Of a stretch of 64,000 bases of DNA, positions 23,301 through 41,815 are shown piece after piece. Position 1 is the first letter of the stretch. Each line of letters starts with the position of its first letter. Under the pieces are notes generated by a model, which had not been told where the DNA came from, did no database searches, and saw only the letters and a program-made list of their open reading frames with translations. Origin of the DNA: Macrostomum lignano (Eukaryota); contig NIVC01002048.1 of assembly GCA_002269645.1 (NCBI GenBank), positions 40,317 to 104,316 of the forward strand, written 5' to 3'. The translations under genes and the position numbers were made by a program.

Positions 23301-26300
23301 CCTATAGAAGAGGGAGGGTGTTGTGGGTTGATGGCTTTGCCATAGACATTTTTGTTACGCGACTGCGTTGATGAATTGAACCATGCTATTGAGTTATGAA
23401 ATAAATGATAGACGCGTCAGAGGTCAACAGACCGCTAGACTGACAATTGCTAAAGGCTAAAGCCAAAAGCACAACAGTCAGGGGCGACAATTCTGAGGTG
23501 TCAGGGGCGACCATTTTGAGGTATCAGGGGCGACCATTTTGAAGTGTCAGGGGCGACCATCCTGAAGTGTCAGGGGCGAACACCAGGTTCTAATTTTTCT
23601 CACCCGTGCATTTCAAGGTCAACTTCGCTGAGGTCCTCTAACGACGCCTCCCAGTAGCCGTCGCTCTCGCCCTTGCCTTCCCCAGTTGCGGCGGTCAGCA
23701 CCAGACGAAGAAAGCAGGGCGAAAACGGCGCCGGCGCCAAATCGAAAGCGATCCCAGCGCTCAGAATGGCGCCAAGTAGGCGGCCATGCAGCCGGTAGTC
23801 GCCAGCGAACTCCTCAGCTGCAGACAACGACGGCGTTGGCAGCAGGCGGTCTCCAGCCGGGCCGCTGAGGGTGTACATGCCGTGCCGGGGGTCCAGCGCT
23901 GATGCCAGGGTTCGCGCCGGACAGCTGCTGTCCTTCTCTGACAGCGACGAAGCTTTCAGCGCCGCGGCGCGTTGACCGTCGCGAAATTTTCGGGCTCGCT
24001 CGACGAAGGGGGTCAGCAAATTGAAGGTCATCAACGAAGCCAAGTCAGCCCGAGCTCCGGGGGAACGGGCAGCGACAACTGCGGCGACGTGTTTTCGGCA
24101 GTGCTCATTGTCGGAGACAAGCTGCAACAGAAGTCGCTGCAGAAGGCGCCGATTGGTTTCAGGAGAAGGCAGCAAAGTCAATCGGTTGACGGCGTCGACA
24201 GAAATCCGGGTCAGGTCGGCTGGGGTCAGGGGCTCCGGCCGGAACAGCTGGACAAAAGCGGACATCAGTCGGGCTGGTGCCTCATCATCCTCTGTCTGTG
24301 CAGCCTCCGCAGATGCGCGCCACAGGCCGAGTAGGAAGCTGCGTCTGGTTGAGCCGTCGGCTGGAGTCAGCATGCCCAGGGTGAGGTCCGGGCACTGGCG
24401 GGTGGCGGGCAGGTATTGCTGACTTTCTCATGCCTCAGCTCCTATGAGATTTTAGCTTTCTCACGCCTCAGCTCTAATGAGACTGTAGCTTTCTCACCTC
24501 TCAGCCCTTATGAGACTAGCTTTCTCACGTCTCAGCCCTTATGAGACTGTAGCTTTCTCACGCCTCAGCTCCTATGAGACTGTAGCTTTCTCATGCCTCA
24601 GCTCTTATGAGATTGTAGCTTTCTCATGCCTCTCTTATGAGGCTGTAGCTTACTCATGCCTCAGCTCTTTTGAGCCTCTAGCTGAGTCTCACTTAAGATC
24701 TCATAAAAGATTATAGCTAAGCTTCGGATGGGAGGCCATAGCTGATCCTGAGATCTTATGGGAGACTGTAGCTGATCCTGAGATCTCATGGGAGACTGTA
24801 GCTGATTCTGAGATCTCATGGGAGACTGTAGCTGATTCTGAGATCTCATGATAGACTGTAGCTGATCCTGAGATCTCATGATGCAGCTGAGTCACACATG
24901 AAATCTCATATGAGGTTGTAGCAAATTCCAAGCAGAATTTTGGTCCCTAATTGACAGCTCACTCATGGTCACTCACCAACCAGCAGAGGCTGCCCAGCTG
25001 ATGAAACGCCTCGACAGTCTCCGTCTCGGCCTCCGTCTCTGTCATGGCCGCGATGGCGGCCACGGCTCTCGCTGGCGCCGGCGCCAGCCTCCTCAGGCCG
25101 GCCCTGAGGGCGGCGCGCCGGTCTGGCGCCAATTCGGCCGCCTCGCGCCGGCACAGGTGGATGGCGCGCAGCAGATTTGGGCCCCAGGCTGTGGCTTCCG
25201 GCAGTCGAGGCGGCGGAGGCGGCGGCGGTCGGCCAGTCAGGAGCAGCAGCAGGAGGCGCCGCAACGGCCTCCGCTGCCGGCTGACCTCGTCTCCGACCCC
25301 GTCCGACGTTGTCGCCGCCGCGGCAGTCCGAACGACACCCTCGGCGAGGCGAAGGTGGCAGGCGCGAGTGAGCAAATACTGCAGCACCGGCTGGCAGGCG
25401 TCTTCTAGAACCGCCTCTGCTAGGCCTTCAACAGCGATTGACGCCGCGAACTGGTCGGTGTCGGATTCAGCCGATTCGGCCGACAACGACGACGCCCAGA
25501 CGATGGCGTTGCCGACAAACTTCGCCATGGCGAAGGTGTCCAGATCAGGATTGGCGAGGCTGATGGCTCCGCCTGCTTGGGGCAGCAGCTGGCGGTGAAG
25601 CCAGCACAGCTGGGCCTGGCGCGGGTCGAGTCGGGACTTCATGAGTTTCTGGCTTCTTTTAGGGAAACTGTGGATTCTTTGAAACCGCTTGTCGTTAAGG
25701 AAACTGCAGATTATTAGAAACTGCTTGTTCTTAGAAATTAATGATTCTTAGAAACTGCTTGTTCTTAGGGAAACTGCAGATTCTTAGAAACTGCTTGTTC
25801 TTAGAAATTTAGGAATCTTGGAACTAAAAAAACTACCATTTCCTAGGAATTTAGGATTTTTAGAAACTTCGAAATCTCATAAACATTTTATTCTGGAAAA
25901 AAAGTGCATAAAAGCAGTCTAAACTTTGAACAAGAAAACCGAGTTCTCACCATTCTATTCCCATCCACGTGAGGTAAATAGAAGTTGTTGAGGCACTTCA
26001 CCATGAGGAGCAGGCTTGCGGCGTGACTCAGTCTGGGCTCGCCAGCCTCATCAGTTTTGTCAACTGAAGCTGGGCTGCCTTGCGACTCATCGTCATCTTC
26101 TTCCCCAACTTCGCCTCGAGCGGCTGCGGCCAGCTCGTCTGCCAGCTGGTCGAAGCGCTGCCGAGTCAGGCAGTGGGTCACCCGGCGGCACTGCGAGCCG
26201 CGGTAAAACGCCTGGATCCGAGTGGCCGCCTGGGCCTGGCCGGGTGAGATAATGAGGGGTGAGATAGTGAGGGGTGAGATAATGAGGGGTGAGATAATGA

Positions 26301-27369
26301 GGGGTGAGATAGTGAGGGTTGAGATAATGAGGGGTGAGATAATGAGGGGTGAGATAGTGAGGGGTGAGATAATAAGGGGTGAGATAGTGAGGGGTGAGAT
26401 AATGAGGGGTGAGATAATGAGGGGTGAGATAGTGAGGGGTGAGATAATGAGGGGTGAGATAATGAGTGGTGAGATAATGAGTGGTGAGATAATGAGGGGT
26501 GAGATAATGAGGGGTGAGATAATGAGGGGTGAGATAATGAGTGGTGAGATAATGAGTGGTGAGATAATGAGGGGTGAGATAATGAGGGGTGAGATAATGA
26601 GGGGTGAGGCATTGAAGGGAATCCAAGATGAATGGCACGGCAACTGTTTAATGAGGGTTTTGTAAGACAAATTTCAAGTCACCACTCTCACCTCCTTGTC
26701 TCGTTTGCATCTTGGAGGACTTGAAGCCTCCTGGAAATGTGACGACAGAGTCGGCAGATTTATTTTTTACAGATTTAAACTTCAGATTTTTAAGTTTCAA
26801 TATCGCGCAATATCAATACTACGCTCGTAGTACTTTCTTGGTTTGAGGTTTTTTGTTTGCATTTGGGTACGAGCGTGGTCCACTTATCCTCATGCTCGTA
26901 CCTTCACTTCTGGAGAATTATTTTGCCTCTCTGTCCGGTCTGAGGGTCCTTTGAAACTTCATAATAGCAATCCGGCCCGCTCAACGTTTGTGTCTCTTCT
27001 TAGCTCCCGTCTCAGCTCTCTTCTCTCTTCTCTTCTCTTCTCTTCTCTCCTCTTCTCTCTTCTCTCTTCCCTCTTTTTACCTCTGATCTCACCTATACTC
27101 TTATCTCCTCTCTTATCTCTCCCCTCTGCTCTTATCTTCCCTCTGATCTCTTCTCTCCACGCAGCTCTCTCTCCTCTATTGCTGACTCTTGGGCTATATT
27201 TAATCACAAGTCAAAGACGGGTAATTTAGACCATCTCGCAAACTCCGTAAAAAAACAACAGGAACTCGAAGCCCTCCTACTTGCTTCCAAAAATCTAACA
27301 AATAGTCGGGTTTCTCACGTCAAACGCTGGCAGTCCTCTGAACTCTCCTTTCACATAGCCGGCGTACAT
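20339..27369 (-). CDS. UBE3C/UBE3B-like IQ-motif HECT-family protein, divergent and lacking the HECT C-lobe
   Basis: Exons 27369-27319, 26730-26692, 26235-25951, 25648-24977, 24418-23604, 20675-20339 with consistent phases (first two less certain). IQ motif ATRIQAFYRG. LLTPFVERARKF, LDPRHGMY, DYRLHGRLLGAIL..PFSPCFL, ASLEDLSEVDLEMH, VTPDTLAEFLRL and HFAAGLTAV..FSHWELMRLIQG follow the UBE3C order; TGA follows at 20339-20341. Confidence 0.8.
20770..20930. repeat. 23-bp minisatellite (gtgtcaggggcgacaattctgag), left of the Gypsy insertion
   Basis: The same unit resumes at 23478-23578. Confidence 0.9.
20960..23286 (+). CDS. pol: Gypsy pol (RT-RNaseH-integrase), frameshifted at the G-run near 22075-22079
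   Basis: RT LDLEKAHHQI..FGVKTAPAIFQ..YVDD; RNase H CDSS..YSQIERE..ITDHRPL; integrase HSTH..CNVC, HIDFAGP, SDNGPSF, SNGIAERMV. The frame DPKFRCLG..DELTVNDGIIYR bridges the two ORFs. Confidence 0.92.
23319..23477 (+). repeat. 3' LTR of the Gypsy element
   Basis: Starts TGTTGTG and ends CACAACA (7-bp inverted termini); contains AATAAA; directly follows the PPT. Confidence 0.88.
23478..23578. repeat. 23-bp minisatellite, right of the Gypsy insertion
   Basis: Same unit as 20770-20930. Confidence 0.9.
24420..24870. repeat. Two adjacent degenerate minisatellites in a UBE3C-like intron
   Basis: tttctcatgcctcagctcttatgagactgtagc units, then gactgtagctgatcctgagatctcatgg units. Confidence 0.8.
26245..26608. 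repeat. 15-bp minisatellite (gtgagataatgaggg)
   Basis: About 24 units abutting the IQ-exon acceptor. Confidence 0.92.
26925..27190 (+). mobile_element. Partial copy of the hAT-type MITE family
   Basis: Shares ttgaaactt.a.aatagcaatccggcccgctcaa.gtttgtgtctcttct plus a CT tract with the copies at 31878, 36123 and 48581. Confidence 0.7.
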
Positions 27370-27431
27370 GAATGAGTGATTATAGCCAAACTTCACCGGC
27401 TGGCGGTCCGTTGTTTTATTTCACACAAATT

Positions 27432-29264
27432 CTAAAATATAGCCGCTCCTACAGAGAGTTTCTTGAAAATTTTATGGCTGATTGAGCTGTGTCTGCTGAG
27501 CGAGGTAGTTGGGGGGTTAAGGCAAAGCTGCTTGAATTTGTCCCTCTCCGCGCACTTGCCTTTCAGACCCCGGCAGTACTTGAAGAGTGTGTGGCAGCAA
27601 TACTGGCACTGCTCCCAAACACGCGACCGACCCGGGTGAGCTCTGGCTCTGAATTATTGAGTCAATAGTTCCCGGTGAAGAGAGGTACATGTTAAGCATT
27701 TTTGTGTGTACCAATTTCTCCTGTGCTGGTGAAGTCAGCTCTCACTCACTCTAAGGGAAACGAATAATATTCCTTTCCCAGACACTTCTGTGCCTCTCCG
27801 CTCTCGCAAGGAGACAAGGAGGCCAGAGAGCCAGAACCTGGATTAGCAGCTCCTTCCCCAATCCTGCAGATAAGTTTTCGCTCCAGGTTCTAGTTCCAGG
27901 ACTCCATGACGGAGACTACACTCCCGGTTCTAGTTCCAGGACTCCATGACGGAGACTACACTCCCTGTTCTAGTTCCAGGACTCCATGACGGAGACTACA
28001 CTCCCGGTTCTAGTTCCAGGTCTCCATGACGGAGACTACACTCCCTGTTCTAGTTCCAGGACTCCATGACGGAGACTACACTCCCGGTTCTAGTTCCAGG
28101 TCTCCATGACGGAGACTACACTCCCTGTTCTAGTACCAGGACTCCATGACGGAGACTACACTCCCGGTTCTAGTACCAGGACTCCATGACGGAGACTACA
28201 TTCCCGGTTCTAGTTCAAGGTCTCCATGACGGAGACTACACTCCAGGCTGTGGTTCCAGGTCTCCATGACGGAGACTACACTCCCGGTTCTAGTTCCAGG
28301 TCTCCATGAACGGAGACTACACTCCAGGCTGTGGTTCCAGGTCTCCATGACGGAGACTACACTCCCGGTTCTAGTTCCAGGTCTCCATGACGGAGACTAC
28401 ACTCCAGGCTGTGGTTCCAGGTCTCCATGACGGAGACTACACTCCCGGTTCTAGTTCCAGGTCTCCATGAACGGAGACTACACTCCAGGCTGTGGTTCCA
28501 GGTCTCCATGACGGAGACTACACTCCCGGTTCTAGTTCCAGGTCTCCATGACGGAGACTACACTCCCGGTTCTAGTTCCAGGTCTCCATGAACGGAGACT
28601 ACACTCCCGGTTCTAGTTCCAGGTCTCCATGACGGAGACTACACTCCCGGCTGTGGTTCCAGGTCTCCATGACGGAGACTACACTCCCGGTTCTAGTTCC
28701 AGGTCTCCATGACGGAGACTACACTCCCGGCTGTGGTTCCAGGTCTCCATGACGGAGACTACACTCCCGGTTCTAGTTCCAGGTCTCCATGACGGAGACT
28801 ACACTCCCGGTTCTAGTTCCAGGTCTCCATGACGGAGACTACACTCCAGGCTGTGGTTCCAGGTCTCCATGACGGAGACTACACTCCCGGTTCTAGTTCC
28901 AGGTCTCCATGACGGAGACTACACTCCAGGCTGTGGTTCCAGGTCTCCATGACGGAGACTACACTCCAGGCTGTGGTTCCAGGTCTCCATGACGGAGACT
29001 ACACTCCAGGCTGTGGTTCCAGGTCTCCATGACGGAGACTACACTCCAGGCTGTGGTTCCAGGTCTCCATGACGGAGACTACACTCCAGGCTCTGGTTCC
29101 AGGTCTCCATGACGGAGACTACACTCCAGGCTGTGGTTCCAGGTCTCCATGACGGAGACTACACTCCAGGCTGTGGTTCCAGGTCCCCATGACGGAGACG
29201 TACCATTGTGCACCGGGATTGGGTCGCAGGACTCCAAAAAAGGGAGGAGCAACTGCTCAAACAT
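27432..29264 (-). CDS. Unidentified multi-exon gene with Cys-rich C-terminus (3' exons supported, 5' structure uncertain)
   Basis: Exons 27863-27750 and 27648-27432 join in phase (..YYSFPLEARAHPGRSRVWEQCQYCCHTLFKYCRGLKGKCAERDKFKQLCL..), with high GC3 in the last exon and AATAAA 12 nt after the stop. Upstream donor at 29203; the frame of that exon is ambiguous. Confidence 0.45.
27888..29198. repeat. 40-bp minisatellite (ggttctagttccaggtctccatgacggagactacactccc)
   Basis: About 32 units, period 40. Confidence 0.95.
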
Positions 29265-29499
29265 GCAGGCACAGGAAAATTTCTTTTCTAAGGCTGATCT
29301 GCACAACGTGGCTTGCTTTACCTCTGGTTTGTAGCAAAAATGGCAAAAAATATCTAAATTAAAAGTCCCATGCCTTGCTGGAAAAGAAAAAAATGTTGAA
29401 CACTCGTGCTGCGGAGTAAATAATTATATCCAATTGGCAATAGTTAGCTATTATTAAGCATCCCACAAAGGTTCAAAATATGCACTGTTCTATCCCTGT

Positions 29500-30190
29500 T
29501 CTGTTTACTGTTACAACCCCGTTCTATCCCTGTTCTATCTCTGTTCTATCCCTGTTCTATTCCTGTTCTATCCTTGTGCTATTCCTGTTCTATCCCTGTT
29601 CTATCCCTGTTCTATTCCTGTTCTATTCCTGTTCTATTCCTGTTCTATCCCTGTTCTATCCCTGTTCTATCCCTTTCTATCCCAGTTCTATCCACTGTTC
29701 TATTCCTGTTCTATCCCTGTTCTATCCCTGTTCTATCCCTTTCTATCCCTGTTCTATCCCTGTTCTTTCCCTGTTCTATCCCTGTTCTATCCCTGTTCTA
29801 TCCCTGTTCTATCCTTGTTCTATTCCTGTTCTATCCCTGTTCTATCCCTGTTCTATCCCTGTTCTATTCACTGTTCTATTCCTGTTCTATCACTGTTCTA
29901 TCCCTGTTCTATTCACTGTTCTATTCACTGTTCTATTCCTGTTCTATCCCTGTTCTATCCCTGTTCTATTCACTGTTCTATTCACTGTTCTATTCCTGTT
30001 ATATTCCCTTGTATCCTTGTTCTATTCCTTGAAACAACCTTGAAACAATCCTTGTTCTATTCCTGTTCTATTCCTGTTCTATCCCTGTTGTATCCCTGTT
30101 GTATCCCTGCTCTATCCCTGTTCTATCCACTGTTCTATCCACTGTACTATACTTTTTCTATTCCTGTTCTATCCCTGTTCTATCTCTGTT
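29500..30190. repeat. 11-bp-based minisatellite (ctgttctatcc)
   Basis: Degenerate tandem units. Confidence 0.9.
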
Positions 30191-30550
30191 CTGCCTCAGT
30201 GTCTCCCTACTATATCTCACCGTTCAATCAGACTGAATTCAATCGGATCAAACTAAAATCACAGCTCAGCTCAGTGAGGCAAGGAATTAGCTGTCGCACT
30301 TACCCTAACCAGCGTTTACTCTACACGAGCTCTTATTAGCCGTGCAGTCGCCAGAAGGAAGACAACAGCTGGTCGGGGATCAGGTTTAACGGCCGGATTA
30401 TCTTCCCGGCAGTTCAGCAGCATTGAAAGAAAGATTTTCCAATTAATTAAACAGACAAAAAAGAATAGAAAACTGCTTTAAAAGCGTTGGGTAAACGCGA
30501 GACGACACTCCGTTTTCTGGTTTTGCTGCTCTGGTATCCAGACATTCAGG

Positions 30551-39602
<9,052 letters not shown>

Positions 39603-40061
39603 CCAACATTCTACGAGGGTTGACAGAAAATAAAACATTACGAGTCGTAGTTCCATGTACAAGTTTGCCATTGTCTAAAAATGACTCGCACTCCTACAGT
39701 TGTGTTAATGACATTTTTATTTTTTGATAGTGATTGCTAGAGTTGTTGTCTGTCAACGAGTGTCCATCTGATAGTCATGCAGTATGACCGGTTTTACTTC
39801 TATTTTTACAACCAATCTGTAATCCCAGTTGCGGTGAAGGAAGACTTCAATAACAGAAATTTAAATCTCCATAATCTATTTTTTCTGAGAAGATCGACAA
39901 ATAGCGCTGTTATTTAGAAGCAAGAATTTATTTGGTTTTTTTTAAATTACAACCTGAGGAAAATTAGCGAAATGAAAATGCACTAACTGGAGTACAAAAT
40001 GCGACATAGTAAAGCCAACTATTTCGATTTACGAGTATGCAGTCAGTCACACTCAAACCAG

Positions 40062-40590
40062 TCAACCACTGCTCGATGAGCTAGTATCACTTTTGGCCTT
40101 CTTCTTGCTTTTCTTTTTGGATTTTTTGTGTTTCTTTGTCTTTTTTGCTTTTTTTTCTTTCTTTTTGGATTTCTTTTCCACTTTCTGTGGCAAAGTAGTC
40201 GACAGTGCAGTCTGAGCCACCTGGTGAGCATATCGATCTCGATCAGAGTCGCCGTACATCAGCTCAAAGAAAATATGATCGCGGCCATTCTCTGCAGCCG
40301 AGGCAGCTTTTGCTCGCCTATGCAACTCTCGCATTGTCGCCTGGGCTGCAATCTGGGCTTTGCCTGCGCTTCTGCTTCTGCTCCGGCTTCGATCTCTGTT
40401 TCTGCTTCTGTTCGGCATTCGATCTCTGTTGCTGCTTCTGCTCCGGCTTCGATCTCTGTTGCTGCTTCTGCTCCGGCTTCGATCTCTGTTTCTGCTTCTG
40501 CTCCGGCTTCGATCTCTGTTTCTGCTTCTGCTCCGGCTTCGATCTCTGTTGCTGCTTCTGCTCCGGCTATACCCATTCTCAAACTGACCT
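40062..40590 (-). CDS. Probable terminal exon of an RS-repeat / Lys-rich nuclear protein
   Basis: Open frame through the 30-bp repeat giving SRSRSSNRDR units, then unique sequence and KKSKKKEKKAKK..SSSSSG stop; candidate acceptor at 40591-40593. Upstream exons not found. Confidence 0.5.
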
Positions 40591-40689
40591 CTGTTGCTAG
40601 TGATAATTTTTTCTTGTTGCGTTTTACAGTTACAGTGTATTGATTATTAAATCACAATGCAACTTAACCTGATCACAGTTACACAAGCT

Positions 40690-41815
40690 TCATCTTCCAG
40701 CTCGCTATCCCCCATCTCCCAGCTCTCTATCCCCCATCTTTCAGCTCTCTATCCCCCATCTCCCAGCTCTCTATCCCCCATCTTTCAGCTCTCTATCCCC
40801 CATTGCCCAGTTCTCTACTCTCCATCTTCCAGCTCTCTATCCCCCATTGCCCAGTTCTCTATCCCCCATTGCCCAGTTCTCTATCCTCCATCTCCCAGCT
40901 CTCTACTCTCCATCTTCCAGCTCTCTATCCCCCATCTCCCAGCTCTTTATCCTCCATCTTTCAGCTCTCTATCCCCATCTCCCAGCTCTCTACCCCCCAT
41001 CTCCCAGCTCTCTACCCCCCATCTCCCAGCTCTCTACCCCCCATCTCCCAGCTCTCCACCTCCCTCATCTCCCAGCTCTCTATCCCCCACCTCCCAGCTC
41101 TCTACTCTCCATCTCCCAGCTCTCTATCCCCCATCTCCCAGCTCTCTACTCTCCATCTCCCAGCTCTCTACCCCCCCATCTCCCAGCTCTTTATCCCCCA
41201 TCTCCCAGCTCTTTATCCCCCATCTCCCAGCTCTTTATCCCCCATCTCCCAGCTCTTTATCCCCCATCTCAGAGCTCTCTACTCTACATCTTCCAGCTCT
41301 CTATCCCCCATTTCCCAGTTCTCTATCCCCTATCTCCCAGCTCTCTATCCCCCATCTCAGAGCTCTCTACTCTCCATCTTCCAGCTCTCTATCCCCCATT
41401 GCCCAGCTCTCTACCTCCCTCATCTCCCAGCTCTCTATCCCCCACCTCCCAGCTCTCTACTCTCCATCTTCCAGCTCTCTATCCCCCATTGCCCAGCTCT
41501 CTACCTCCCTCATCTCCCAGCTCTCTATCCCCCACCTCCCAGCTCTCTACTCTCCATCTCCCAGCTCTCTATCCCCCATCTCCCAGCTCTCTACTCTCCA
41601 TCTCCCAGCTTTCTACCCCCCCCCCATCTCCCAGCTCTTTATCCCCCATCTCCCAGCTCTTTATCCCCCATCTCAGAGCTCTCTACTCTACATCTTCCAG
41701 CTCTCTATCCCCCATTTCCCAGTTCTCTATCCCCTATCTCCCAGCTCTCTATCCCCCATCTCAGAGCTCTCTACTCTCCATCTTCCAGCTCTCTATCCCC
41801 CATCTCCCAGCCCCT
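40690..41815. repeat. Pyrimidine-rich 21/22-bp minisatellite (ccccatctcccagctctctat)
   Basis: Degenerate tandem units; the Ser/Pro/Leu ORFs over it are artefacts. Confidence 0.9.

Larger units (their letters stand above)
20941..23477 (+). mobile_element. 5'-truncated Ty3/Gypsy LTR retrotransposon, antisense in the last intron of the UBE3C-like gene
   Basis: RT, RNase H and integrase in Gypsy order, then PPT agaagagggaggg (23306-23318) and a 159-bp LTR. No gag, protease or 5' LTR present. Confidence 0.93.

Noticed and set aside
29257-29259. In-frame TGA as selenocysteine in the unidentified gene
   Set aside because: The 3' UTR appears to be only about 35 nt, too short for a SECIS, and there is no selenoprotein motif; a homopolymer error or different exon structure is simpler.
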